A model generated the notes under the pieces. That model had not been told where the DNA came from and searched no databases. It saw nothing but the letters and a program-made list of their open reading frames with translations. This document shows positions 8,868 to 18,669 of a stretch of DNA of 33,922 nucleotides, in pieces (position 1 is the stretch's first letter; the number at the start of each line of letters is the position of its first letter). Origin of the DNA: Candidatus Bathyarchaeota archaeon (GTDB taxonomy: Archaea > Thermoproteota > Bathyarchaeia > Bathyarchaeales > Bathycorpusculaceae). Both the position numbers and the translations under genes were made by a program. The DNA is taken from assembly GCA_963775895.1 (NCBI GenBank), contig CAVZKL010000006.1, positions 1-33,922 of the forward strand, read 5' to 3'.

Positions 8868-10322
8868 TTATCTTTTGATTGTTTTGATCAGCTTCTTGTT
8901 CTGATCAAACACTTCCACAGTCAAGGGCATCTGACCGACTGCAAAGTGAGTGGCGCATCCGAAGCAGGGATCGTAGGCTCTGAAAGCCATTTCCACTTTG
9001 TTCAGTAATCCTTGATCCACCTTGCCAGCGTGAATGACGCCTTTGGCTGCGTCGCGGACCGACATGCAGATGGCCGGATAGTTATTGGTTGTAGCGACGA
9101 TCATGTTCACGTCCTTCACCAAGGCATCCTTGTCCAAGACGTAGTGATGGTAAAGCGTGCCCCTAGCAGCTTCAACAACGCCGACTCCTTCACCCGGTTC
9201 ACCCGGTTTTGCGCGTATGTTTGTGCCTGTTATCTCCGGGTCTCTCACCAACTCTAGAGCTCTTTCAGTGGCGTAAAGCAGTTCAATCAATCGCGCCCAA
9301 TGGAAGGCGAGCGTTCCGTGGACAGGTTTGCCGCCCAACGTCTTGTACATCTCTTCATACTCGGCTTGAGCCAACGGTGTAGCCATTCCGTTTGAGACAT
9401 TCAATCTTCCCAGCGGACCGACGCGGTACACTCCACTGTCCGGACCGTAGGTCAGACCCTTCCATCCCACCTTCTTCAGGTATGGGAATTTGGCGTAGGA
9501 CCATTCTTCCACGTGTTCGCCCAATTGTGCAGTGTAGTCTTTAGGTTCAAACTTCAAGAATTCTTTCCCTGTCGGGTCCACGACTCGGATTTTGCCGTCG
9601 TAGAAGTTGACCTTGTTGTTCTCATCGACCAATCCCATGTAGTAGGTTTTCATCGTGTACGCGTCACTCTTGATCATGTCGACGTACTTGCTGTTGCCCA
9701 GCACGATGTCGTGGAAAATCTTGAGCGTGAGTTTCGCGAAGTTCAGCGATGACGCGGACATCTTTTCGATCTCTTGCCGGTTTTCTTCGCTGAGAGCTTT
9801 TGATATTCCGCCTGGTAATCCGCACACGGGGTGCGTTGCTTTTCCGCCGAGGATTTCAGTTATCTTCTGACCGTAGGCTCTGTGTTTGATGACTTCTTTT
9901 GCAACGTCCATTCCTGCCTTTTCGATCACGCCCAAAATGTTTCTCTTCTCTGGCGGAGCGTCCGGCCCAACTATGAAGTCAGGACCGCCCAAATAGTAGA
10001 AGTGCAGGGTGTGGTCGTAGATTATGTACCCTGCGTACATGAGTTCTCTGAGTTTCTTTGCAGTTGATGGCGGTTCCACGTTGAACGCTGCGTCCAACGC
10101 TTTCACTGATGCAAAGTGGTGAGCAACGGGACAGACTCCGCAGATTCTTGTCGTGAGAATAGGCATGAGCTCTGCTCTTCTGCCCACACAGAACTGTTCA
10201 AACCCTCTGAGTTCGGGAACCTTCAGGTAAGCGTTCTCCACTTCGCCCGCGTCGTTCAGGAATATTGAGATGCTTCCGTGTCCTTCCAGCCTCGTGACTG
10301 GATCTACAATTATTTCTTTCAT
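8868..10322 (-). CDS. mvhA: [NiFe]-hydrogenase large subunit, group 3c (F420-non-reducing, Hdr-linked)
   Basis: TRLEGHG, L1 RICGVCPVAH, L2 RAYDPCFGCATH with a cleavable C-terminal tail; hdr/mvh context. Confidence 0.95.
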   Translation of the reverse strand: MKEIIVDPVTRLEGHGSISIFLNDAGEVENAYLKVPELRGFEQFCVGRRAELMPILTTRICGVCPVAHHFASVKALDAAFNVEPPSTAKKLRELMYAGYIIYDHTLHFYYLGGPDFIVGPDAPPEKRNILGVIEKAGMDVAKEVIKHRAYGQKITEILGGKATHPVCGLPGGISKALSEENRQEIEKMSASSLNFAKLTLKIFHDIVLGNSKYVDMIKSDAYTMKTYYMGLVDENNKVNFYDGKIRVVDPTGKEFLKFEPKDYTAQLGEHVEEWSYAKFPYLKKVGWKGLTYGPDSGVYRVGPLGRLNVSNGMATPLAQAEYEEMYKTLGGKPVHGTLAFHWARLIELLYATERALELVRDPEITGTNIRAKPGEPGEGVGVVEAARGTLYHHYVLDKDALVKDVNMIVATTNNYPAICMSVRDAAKGVIHAGKVDQGLLNKVEMAFRAYDPCFGCATHFAVGQMPLTVEVFDQNKKLIKTIKR

Positions 10323-11302
10323 TTCTTCATCACCTTTCTTCTAAGTATAGATGACGGTAAAGAGTACATGTAGAAAGTACCAACAGGGTCTACGATCTGA
10401 TTCATCAGTTTATCCACGTCTTCCTGAGTGTAATGATCTTGCTCGCCCTCCAAACCCATTATCGAAGCCATGGCACTGAGCATCGCTGCGCCCTGTTCGG
10501 GCGAGTTGGGACATGGACCTCCGCAGCCCGTGCAAGGCATGTCAACGTTCAAACATTGTGCACCGCAACCGCTTCGTGTGGCCGGTCCCATGCATATGAT
10601 TCCTTGCTCAAGAAGACAGCGTTCCGGTTCGGGAACCTTTTCGTGAACTCGATAGATTTTGCTAATGCGCTTGTTCTCCTTCTTTCTTGGGCATTCGTCA
10701 CACACGGACTTAAGAGGAGCTAGAACGGAGCCTTTGGGCGGCAACTGGTTGTTGGCAATTGCGTCCACGGCATTGAGTATCAGTTTTACGGGTGGTGGGC
10801 AGCCTGGCAGATAGTAATCCACGTCAACTGTTTGGTCCAGTGTTTTCACGGTATCGTAGAATTGTGGAAGCTTAAGCTCTCCTTCTTTGGCCTTGAATGA
10901 CGTCTGGGGAGTGATACCGTTTGGGTTGGAGATTGTTTTGCTCTTCAAGTACACTTTGTCGAAGATTTCTTCGGCATCGTGCAGATTTGCCAAGCCTGGA
11001 ACGCATCCTTCTTGTGCACAAGAACCGAAAGCCACGAGTGTCTTGGCTTTTTTCCTCAACAGTTTCGCAATGTGCTCTTGCTCGCTGTTCCGAACAGAGC
11101 CGTTGAAGAAGCACACGTCGATGTATTTGTCAGGCATGGCTTCTACGTCTTTGTACTTCACGTCCATAGCAACGGGCCAGAACACGATGTCCGCCAAGTT
11201 TACAACGTCAAGGATTTTCTCGTTTATATCTAGGACGGCGATTTCACATCCGCCGCAGCTTGCGGCCCAGTAGAAGGCTATCTTCATCTTTTCCTTAGGC
11301 AT
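10319..11302 (-). CDS. mvhG: [NiFe]-hydrogenase small subunit
   Basis: SCGGCE, GSCA, PGCPP, VCDECP, CLLEQGIICMGP, CGAQC and PCTGCGG cluster ligands. Confidence 0.95.
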   Translation of the reverse strand: MPKEKMKIAFYWAASCGGCEIAVLDINEKILDVVNLADIVFWPVAMDVKYKDVEAMPDKYIDVCFFNGSVRNSEQEHIAKLLRKKAKTLVAFGSCAQEGCVPGLANLHDAEEIFDKVYLKSKTISNPNGITPQTSFKAKEGELKLPQFYDTVKTLDQTVDVDYYLPGCPPPVKLILNAVDAIANNQLPPKGSVLAPLKSVCDECPRKKENKRISKIYRVHEKVPEPERCLLEQGIICMGPATRSGCGAQCLNVDMPCTGCGGPCPNSPEQGAAMLSAMASIMGLEGEQDHYTQEDVDKLMNQIVDPVGTFYMYSLPSSILRRKVMKK

Positions 11303-12197
11303 TCGTTTTTACCTCACAAACTTGCTTGAGTATTTTTGAACTATCAACACGAAGTTCATTAAACGCTAATTCTTCAGGAGTCATGCCCATTGCCAACCCG
11401 AGTAACTGTGGATAGTGCAACACTGGGATTCCGTAGACCTCATTGAACATCTTCTCGATTCGAAGCTCGTTAGTGTCGTACATGATGTGGCAGAATGGAC
11501 ATATGGTTATCAGAGCCTGTGCATCAACATTTTTCACGTGGTTGAGTTTGTCCCTGGCGAGTTGCAGAGCGACTTTGTCGCTCACGCCAACGCTCGGCGC
11601 GCCGCAGCATTCCGTCTCATCCATATAATCTAGACAGGTTGCACCGGTCGCTTCAATCAGAGTCTTAAGGGTTTTCGGATCTTCTGGATCATCAAAACCG
11701 ATGAATTCTTTAGGTCTTAGGATGTGGCAACCGTTGTGTTCGGCCACTTTCAACATTGTGAGTGGTCTAGTGACAGAGTTCTTTACCTTCTCCAGTCCAA
11801 CGTCTTCAATCAGCACTTGCATGAAATGCTTAGCGTCCACAGTTCCCTTGAATTGTAAGCCAGACTCTTTCAAGTGACAGTTTATCTCGTCACGCAGAGC
11901 CTTGTCTTCTTTCAACATCTTGTTTACTTTCTTCAGTGTTCCAGCGCAACCAGGGCACAACGTGATAATGTTCAAGCCCTTTTCCTCTGCCAGTGCCAGA
12001 TTCCGCGCTGCCAAAATGAGCATCATCTCATGGCTGACGGGGTCCAAAGGAAGACCGCAACAGTTGAATTCAGGCATCTCAACCAGCTCTACGCCTAGTT
12101 TGCCGAGAATCTTTCGAGCGGAGATTTCGAAGGCAGATACGCGGTAGGGAATTGCACAGCCTAGGAACATGAGAAACTTTTTCTGAGCCATTTTCAA
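11295..12197 (-). CDS. hdrB: Heterodisulfide reductase catalytic subunit B
   Basis: Two complete CCG domains: FLGC..NCCG..CPGC and GCH..ECCG..CPFCH; start TTG 12197 or ATG 12191. Confidence 0.95.
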   Translation of the reverse strand: MKMAQKKFLMFLGCAIPYRVSAFEISARKILGKLGVELVEMPEFNCCGLPLDPVSHEMMLILAARNLALAEEKGLNIITLCPGCAGTLKKVNKMLKEDKALRDEINCHLKESGLQFKGTVDAKHFMQVLIEDVGLEKVKNSVTRPLTMLKVAEHNGCHILRPKEFIGFDDPEDPKTLKTLIEATGATCLDYMDETECCGAPSVGVSDKVALQLARDKLNHVKNVDAQALITICPFCHIMYDTNELRIEKMFNEVYGIPVLHYPQLLGLAMGMTPEELAFNELRVDSSKILKQVCEVKTNA

Positions 12198-12715
12198 CTA
12201 CCCTTCTTGTCAACATGCCGGAGGAAATCTACGCTGTGCAAGGCTTTGCCTATCCTTTCAGGATTGCCCTTCGGCAAAGGCGGTAGACCCAAAGTCTCCC
12301 TTTTCCTCAAACGCAATTCTGGAATCCTGTACGCATAGCCAGTTTCAAGTATGCTCGCGCATTCGTCCTTGAACACCTGAGGTACGTGTCCTTCTTCTGC
12401 TGCCAGATTCCGCAATACACGTATGACGCTGGCAACCTCCACGTCTTGCGGGCAACGGTCTGTACACGTGAAGCATGCCGCACAAAGCCACAATGTGTCG
12501 CTGTTCAACACTCGATCTTCCAGTCCAAGCTGAGCCATTCGAATTATCTGTCTAGGCCTGTAAGTGTCACTGAACCTAGCGATCGGACAGTCTGATGTGC
12601 ACGTTCCGCATTGGAAACAGCGCATCAGTTTTTCACCGCCATGCATTTTCGAAACCTTGTATTTGAAATCAGACTTGATCTCCGAGGCCTTCACCGACTT
12701 CGTTTCAGTCATCAC
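12194..12715 (-). CDS. hdrC: Heterodisulfide reductase subunit C
   Basis: [12 protein letters not shown] and [15 protein letters not shown] 2x[4Fe-4S] motifs. Confidence 0.95.
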   Translation of the reverse strand: MMTETKSVKASEIKSDFKYKVSKMHGGEKLMRCFQCGTCTSDCPIARFSDTYRPRQIIRMAQLGLEDRVLNSDTLWLCAACFTCTDRCPQDVEVASVIRVLRNLAAEEGHVPQVFKDECASILETGYAYRIPELRLRKRETLGLPPLPKGNPERIGKALHSVDFLRHVDKKGS

Positions 12716-13146
12716 GCTCTGACCTCCATTCTGACAGGGTTTGGTCCCAAATTCTTTATTTCTTCCACCATGTCGCGAACAACCGAGGCGAACTTGTCTC
12801 CTTCACTGGCTGAAATCCACTCTAGTCGCAAGCGCTCTGGCTCAATTCCAAATTCGCTCAATGCCCTCTTCAGAAGGGTGATTCGCCGCAGTGCCTTGAA
12901 GTTCCCGCTTATGTAGTGGCAGTCTGAGGGCAGATGGCAACCCGCCACCAGCACGCCGTCTGCACCATCCTTGAAAGCTTCAAGGACGAAGGCAGGATCG
13001 ATTCTTCCGCTGCACATAACACGTATGATTCTTATGTTAGGCGGATACTGTATTCGGCTTACTCCAGCCAAATCTGCTCCCGCGTAACTGCACCAGTTGC
13101 ACAGAAAACCGATTATTTTGGGTTCAAACCCGTTATTCGCGGTCAT
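12712..13146 (-). CDS. mvhD: Hydrogenase [2Fe-2S] subunit delta (canonical length)
   Basis: [29 protein letters not shown]...DCHY..GN, WISASEG. Confidence 0.95.
   Translation of the reverse strand: MTANNGFEPKIIGFLCNWCSYAGADLAGVSRIQYPPNIRIIRVMCSGRIDPAFVLEAFKDGADGVLVAGCHLPSDCHYISGNFKALRRITLLKRALSEFGIEPERLRLEWISASEGDKFASVVRDMVEEIKNLGPNPVRMEVRA
13049..13101. repeat. 53-bp exact direct repeat, copy 1 (in the short mvhD)
   Basis: tgtattcggcttactccagccaaatctgctcccgcgtaactgcaccagttgca is identical to 16870-16922. Confidence 0.9.
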
Positions 13147-16100
13147 GCCTTTACCTCCACTAACACGGCTTTGACCTGCGCAAGTATTTCTTCAGTTGTG
13201 AAGTGCCCCATCGTAATCGCTTTGGTCGGACACGCCGTACCGCATGCGCCGCAACCCTTACAGAGAGCTTCAATCATGTGCGCGACGGGTTTCCCTTCTT
13301 TGTCCTTCATTTCTACCGCACCGTACGGGCATAGGTATTCACAGATTCTACAACCACTACATAAATCTTCGTTCACGTTTGCGACAATTCCTTCCATCTC
13401 AAGCTTGTCTCTGGAAAGTATCGTCGTCGCCCTTGCGGCCGCGGCGCAAGCCTGCGCAATGCTCTCGTCAACGTATTTTGGAGAGTGGGCCATTCCGCAG
13501 AGAAACACACCTTCCGTCGCGAAGTCGACCGGTCTGAGTTTCATGTGGGCTTCCAGGAAGGAACCATCCTTCGTCAGGGGGACTTTAAGCATTTCTGCCA
13601 AGCGCTTGTTGCCAGGATTAGGAATCGTAGCCGCGCTCAAAACCACGACATCCGGCTCAACCTCAACCTCTTCTTTGAGCACTGGTTCCCAGAAAGCAAG
13701 TTTCAATTTGCCGTTCTCGCTGGTGACCTGCGGTTTTCTGTCATCACCGTAGTTGACGAAGATAACGCCTTTCATCGCTGCGTCGCGGTAATAGTCTTCC
13801 TTAAAACCATACGCTCTCAAATCCTTGTACAGGACGTACACTTCGGTTTCAGGATGCACTTCCTTGATCTTCAGGGCGTTCTTCACTGCCTGCCCGCAAC
13901 AAATCCTTGAGCAATTGGGCCTCTCCTCGTTTCTGGCGCCGACACATTGAATCATGACAACGCTTTTGGCGTTGAATTTACCCTTCGCAATTTCCTGTTC
14001 GAGTTCATGTTGAGTCGTGATTCTGGGATCTTTGCCGTACAGATATTCTGTGGGCTCGTACTCAACCGCACCCGTGGCGACTATCACTACGCCGTGTTCC
14101 ACCTCTTTCAACTGGCCGTTCTGCTGCCTTATCTTGGACTTGAAGTTGCCGACGAAACCATACACGTCGACCACTTCCGCGCAAGTGTAGACGTGTATCT
14201 TGGGGTTTTCCATGACAGCGTTGACGAGCGCATCGAGTCTACTCTTCGGGTCGTCTCGCTTATCCAGCAGGTACTGAATCGTTCGCAGGTGTCCGCCCAA
14301 TTCCTTTTCTTTTTCTACGAGGTGTACCTCGAAACCTTGCTTGGCCAACTCCAGAGCGGCCGTCATTCCCGATACGCCGCCTCCGATGATCAAGCCCACT
14401 GGGGTGATGGTTATGAGCGGTCTCTCCAAGGGTTTCAGAAGCACGGCTTTGGCGACAACTGATCGCACCAGATCTTTGGCCTTTTTCGTTGCTTCTTTGG
14501 GTTCATGCATGTGTACCCAGCTGCACTGATCACGGATGTTTGTCATCTCAAACAAGTACTGGTTCAACCCTGCCTCTTGCACGGTTTCTCTGAACAGCGG
14601 TTCATGAGTTCTCGGGGTACACGACGCTACGATGACACGGTTAAGCTTGTTCTGCTTGATCTTTTCGGTGATGAGTTTCTGAGTGTCTTGTGAGCACGTG
14701 TAAAGGTTCGCCTCAGCATAGACCACGTTGGGTAGGCTTTTAGCGTACTCCACCACTGCCGGAACGTTTACGACGCCGCCTATGTTGATGCCGCAGTGAC
14801 ATACAAAAACGCCTATGCGTGGCTCTTCCTTGCTGACGTCTCTTTGAGGAGGATATTCCTTCGACGTAACTAGGGTTCCCCTCTCAGAAGCAATAATGCT
14901 CATTGCTTTGGCGGCGGCACCGCTTGCTTGTGCAACACTTTCAGGAATATCCTTCGGAGCGCTAAACGCGCCGCAGGTGAACACGCCCGGTTTCGACGTT
15001 TCCATCGGCGAGAAAACCTGTGTTTCACAGAACTTGTACTTATTGAGCTCAATCCCGATGGTCTCAGCCAGTTTCACAACGTTTTTAGGAGGCTGCATTC
15101 CCGTCGAGAGAACGACCAGGTCAAACTCTTCAGTTTTAGGGTTTTCGTTTTCGACATAGTGCACGTGAAGATTCGCGGTTTTTGGATCTTCAGTTACACC
15201 TGCAACCCTCGACCGGACGAATCGTATGCCGTACTCGTCTTCGGCGCGATTCCTGTACGCATCAAATTCTTTCCCGTAGGAACGCATGTCCATGAAAAAC
15301 ATCGTTGCGTCCAGTTTTGACGGTGTATGCTCTTTTGCTATGACTGCCTCCTTCATTCCATACATGCAGCAGGCAGCCGAGCAGTAATTGTTTCCAAGCT
15401 GGAAATCTCTTGAACCCACACACTGGATGAACGCTATCTTCTTCGGAATCTCTCCGTCAGAGGGTCTTAAAACCAGTCCTCCGTACGGTCCTGAAGCGCT
15501 CAAGATGCGTTCAAACTCGATGCTGGTCACAACGTTGGCAAAACGTCCATATCCATACTCACTCTTTAGCTTTGCATCGAACGATTCGAATCCTGGAGCA
15601 AGAATTATCGACCCCACTTTAACTGTTGTTTCACTGTCTTCTTGGTCGTATTGAATCGCGTTTGCTTTGCAGATTTCGTAGCACGTTCCACATCCGATGC
15701 ATTTTTCACGATCGATCATGTACTTCAATGGGACGGCTTGTGGATACTCAACGTAGATTGCACTTCTCTTGCCCAGTCCTTCATTGTACGTGTCAACAGC
15801 TTCGATGGGGCATTTCTGTGCGCACACACCGCAACCGTTGCACTTGTCTTCGATTATGTAACGACTCTTTCTTCGAAGTTTAACTTCGAAATTGCCGGCT
15901 TTGCCTTTCAGACCAGTGACTTCAGCGTTCGTCAAAATCGTGATGTTCGGATGCCTTCCAGTTGCCACGAGCTTCGGCGACAGGATACACATCGAACAGT
16001 CGTTTGTTGGGAAGGTCTTGTCAAGTTGAGCCATGACTCCGCCTATGCTGGGTCCTTGATCAATCAAGTACACTCTGAAGCCGGAATCAGCCAAATCCAG

Positions 16101-16181
16101 TGAGGCTTGTATGCCTGCAACACCGCCGCCGACTACGAGGACAGCGCCTATTTTCTTTTTTGCATCTTTTTCTTCGGACAT
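13143..16181 (-). CDS. hdrA: Long HdrA-family flavoprotein with two FAD modules (1012 aa)
   Basis: Module 1: [18 protein letters not shown], inserted 2x[4Fe-4S], QCVGSR..CSAACC. Then the HdrA N-domain ([22 protein letters not shown]). Module 2: GGGVSG, QCVGAR..CSRICC. C-terminal 2x[4Fe-4S]. Confidence 0.93.
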   Translation of the reverse strand: MSEEKDAKKKIGAVLVVGGGVAGIQASLDLADSGFRVYLIDQGPSIGGVMAQLDKTFPTNDCSMCILSPKLVATGRHPNITILTNAEVTGLKGKAGNFEVKLRRKSRYIIEDKCNGCGVCAQKCPIEAVDTYNEGLGKRSAIYVEYPQAVPLKYMIDREKCIGCGTCYEICKANAIQYDQEDSETTVKVGSIILAPGFESFDAKLKSEYGYGRFANVVTSIEFERILSASGPYGGLVLRPSDGEIPKKIAFIQCVGSRDFQLGNNYCSAACCMYGMKEAVIAKEHTPSKLDATMFFMDMRSYGKEFDAYRNRAEDEYGIRFVRSRVAGVTEDPKTANLHVHYVENENPKTEEFDLVVLSTGMQPPKNVVKLAETIGIELNKYKFCETQVFSPMETSKPGVFTCGAFSAPKDIPESVAQASGAAAKAMSIIASERGTLVTSKEYPPQRDVSKEEPRIGVFVCHCGINIGGVVNVPAVVEYAKSLPNVVYAEANLYTCSQDTQKLITEKIKQNKLNRVIVASCTPRTHEPLFRETVQEAGLNQYLFEMTNIRDQCSWVHMHEPKEATKKAKDLVRSVVAKAVLLKPLERPLITITPVGLIIGGGVSGMTAALELAKQGFEVHLVEKEKELGGHLRTIQYLLDKRDDPKSRLDALVNAVMENPKIHVYTCAEVVDVYGFVGNFKSKIRQQNGQLKEVEHGVVIVATGAVEYEPTEYLYGKDPRITTQHELEQEIAKGKFNAKSVVMIQCVGARNEERPNCSRICCGQAVKNALKIKEVHPETEVYVLYKDLRAYGFKEDYYRDAAMKGVIFVNYGDDRKPQVTSENGKLKLAFWEPVLKEEVEVEPDVVVLSAATIPNPGNKRLAEMLKVPLTKDGSFLEAHMKLRPVDFATEGVFLCGMAHSPKYVDESIAQACAAAARATTILSRDKLEMEGIVANVNEDLCSGCRICEYLCPYGAVEMKDKEGKPVAHMIEALCKGCGACGTACPTKAITMGHFTTEEILAQVKAVLVEVKA

Positions 16182-16967
16182 CTATTCAACCTCCAGTGCT
16201 TTGTAGAACGGGGTTGTTCCCTCAACGTGGTCCAATCCTATCATGTTCCGCCTGCGCATAGCGACGATTTCCTTGAGCACGTCAGCAGGCTTCTTCTCAA
16301 CAGCCTTCGCTAAAGCCTTGACAGATAGGGGTTCAGTCTTCGTCAATAGGTAGATTTTGTGGCGATTGAATTCAGTTTCCACAGCCTCTTCCAAAACGGA
16401 ATCGAATTCACTCTGCGATATCTTTTCTTCATAAACGTTAGCCTTTTCGGTCAGCTCTCTTTCTCTTCCGACCAGAACCCTCAGTCTGAAGTCGGAAGCC
16501 GCGGCTTTTGCAGCTTGCATATTCTCGAGAACTTTCCTGTTTGGTCGTTTTCCCGAAATCGGTGAGGGACCAAGTTTCTTTATTTGGTTTGTGAATTCGG
16601 TAACTATTTTGGCGAATCTCTGTCCTTCTGACGCCGAAACCCACTCGAGTTCGAGACGCTCGGGTTCTAGCCCGGTCAAGGCTAGAAGTTTTTTCAGCAT
16701 CTTGATTTTTCTTTCCTCGTACAGGTTACCTTCAACGTAGTGACAGTCACCTGGGTGACATCCTAGAACGATCACTCCGTCAGCTCCCATCAGCAAAACA
16801 TCCAGAGGAATCGTCGGGTCAATCCTGCCGCTGCACATAACTCGAACGATGCGTATGTTAGTAGGGTATTGTATTCGGCTTACTCCAGCCAAATCTGCTC
16901 CCGCGTAACTGCACCAGTTGCAGAGAAAGCCGATTATCTTCGGTTCAAAACCATCGTCGTCGGCCAT
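16182..16967 (-). CDS. mvhD: MvhD-family [2Fe-2S] protein with a roughly 120-aa C-terminal extension
   Basis: The first ~135 aa carry all MvhD motifs; the remainder is helical and charged, ending in an HTH-like segment. Confidence 0.9.
   Translation of the reverse strand: MADDDGFEPKIIGFLCNWCSYAGADLAGVSRIQYPTNIRIVRVMCSGRIDPTIPLDVLLMGADGVIVLGCHPGDCHYVEGNLYEERKIKMLKKLLALTGLEPERLELEWVSASEGQRFAKIVTEFTNQIKKLGPSPISGKRPNRKVLENMQAAKAAASDFRLRVLVGRERELTEKANVYEEKISQSEFDSVLEEAVETEFNRHKIYLLTKTEPLSVKALAKAVEKKPADVLKEIVAMRRRNMIGLDHVEGTTPFYKALEVE
16870..16922. repeat. 53-bp exact direct repeat, copy 2 (in the long mvhD)
   Basis: Identical to 13049-13101. Confidence 0.9.
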
Positions 16968-16968
16968 A

Positions 16969-18669
16969 TTATGCGCCTCCCAGAGCCGCGGTTGCTTCGG
17001 CCAGTACCTGCTTGTCGCTGAAGTGTCTCATGTTTATGGCTTTTTCCGGGCAGCTTGCGGCGCAGACGCCGCATCCTTTGCATAGGACATCGTTGACTCT
17101 CGCGATCCCGTGTTCATCTTTTTGTATTGCATTGTATGGACAGAGCTTGACGCATGTCCCGCACCCAGTGCAGAGTTCTTCGTTGACGAAGGCTGTTATT
17201 GCTTCAGTTCTGACCCGTTTCAGAGCCATTGGAATGCCTGCTCTGGAAGCAGCTGCATAGGCTTGGGCGATGCTTTCGGCAATGGTCTTTGGGCTGTGGG
17301 CCGTTCCGCAAAGGAATATTCCGTCTGTAGCAAAGTCCACGGGCCTGAGTTTGACGTGTGCTTCGAAGAAGAAGCCGTCGGCGCCAAGCGGGACTTTCAG
17401 AAGCTTAGAGAGTTCCTTCGCTTCTTCGCGCTGGATCAACGGCGTGGACAGAACTACGAGGTCCGCATCAAGTTCTAAAGTTGTATTCAGCAGAATATCG
17501 TGCACCTTGACCGTGAATTTGCCATCTGGACACGGAATGACCTCTGGTGGGTTCTCAGCATCGTATCTCAGAAATTGAACGCAATTTTGTCTCGCTTTTT
17601 CATATTGTTCTTCAAATTCCCTGCCGTAGGTCTGCATGTCCCTGTACAGGATGGAAACCTCAGTTTCAGGCGACATTTCTTTAATTTGCAGTGCGTTCTT
17701 CACAGCCACGGCACAGCATATTCTGGAGCAATAATTCCTTCCGCCCTCTTTTTCTTCTCTAGCACCCACACATTGAATCATGAGCACGTTCTTGGGTTTC
17801 CCAATCTTCTTTTCTTTGAAGAGATTCTCAAGCTCAAGTTGAGTGACAACGTTCTTGCTTTGCCCGTAACAGTACATTCCGTTTGGCTTCAGAACGTCTG
17901 CCCCAGTGGCAACGATTATTGTCCCAACATCAAAGGGTTCTTCTTTGCCCTTGTGATCTATCGTGACTTTGAAGTTACCTATGAAGCCCTCGCTCTGCTT
18001 CAAGGTTGAAGAAGTGTGAACAGTGATGTTCGGATTTGACCTCACCGCCTGCTTGAACTCCTCTAAAACGTCTGACGTGTAACAGTCGTTTGGATAGAGC
18101 TTGTACAGTTCCTTCAACTTCCCCCCAAGTTCAGTCTCCTTCTCGACCAAGTGCACTTTGAATCTCTGATTAGCAAGGCTAACCGCTGCCGTCATCCCCG
18201 ATACGCCTCCGCCTAAAACGAGAGCCGTGGGTTCTACGTCGATCTCGGGTTCTTCCTGAGGCTCCAGCAACGCAGCCTTGGCCGCCGCCATCTTGACCAT
18301 TTCTTTGGCTTTTTCTGTTGCTTTCTCCGGTTCTTTCGGATGAACCCAGCTGCAGTGTTCGCGAATGTTGGCCATGTGGAACAGATACTTGTTAAGTCCT
18401 GCTTCTTCACACGCACTTCTGAACAGAGGTTCATGAGTTCGAGGTGTACAGGAAGCGACCACTACTCTGGTGAGTTGGTATTTCTTGATTGCCTCTTTTA
18501 TCTTGCTCAATCCTTCGGATGAGCACGTGTAGAGGTTGCCCTCGGCGTGTACGACGTTGGGCAAGGTTTTCGCGTATTCCACGACTTCTGGAACATTCAC
18601 TATAGCGCCTATGTTGACGCCGCAATGGCAAATGAAAATCCCGATTCGGGGCTTTTCTTTTTCGTTCAT
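16969..18669 (-). CDS. hdrA: HdrA-family protein (566 aa), equivalent to the C-terminal half of the long HdrA
   Basis: Starts MNEKEKPRIGIFICHCG at ATG 18669, an ATGA overlap with the upstream stop. FAD motif GGGVSG, no inserted ferredoxin, CSRICC, C-terminal CTGCGTC..CP and CKGCGVC..CP. Confidence 0.92.
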   Translation of the reverse strand: MNEKEKPRIGIFICHCGVNIGAIVNVPEVVEYAKTLPNVVHAEGNLYTCSSEGLSKIKEAIKKYQLTRVVVASCTPRTHEPLFRSACEEAGLNKYLFHMANIREHCSWVHPKEPEKATEKAKEMVKMAAAKAALLEPQEEPEIDVEPTALVLGGGVSGMTAAVSLANQRFKVHLVEKETELGGKLKELYKLYPNDCYTSDVLEEFKQAVRSNPNITVHTSSTLKQSEGFIGNFKVTIDHKGKEEPFDVGTIIVATGADVLKPNGMYCYGQSKNVVTQLELENLFKEKKIGKPKNVLMIQCVGAREEKEGGRNYCSRICCAVAVKNALQIKEMSPETEVSILYRDMQTYGREFEEQYEKARQNCVQFLRYDAENPPEVIPCPDGKFTVKVHDILLNTTLELDADLVVLSTPLIQREEAKELSKLLKVPLGADGFFFEAHVKLRPVDFATDGIFLCGTAHSPKTIAESIAQAYAAASRAGIPMALKRVRTEAITAFVNEELCTGCGTCVKLCPYNAIQKDEHGIARVNDVLCKGCGVCAASCPEKAINMRHFSDKQVLAEATAALGGA

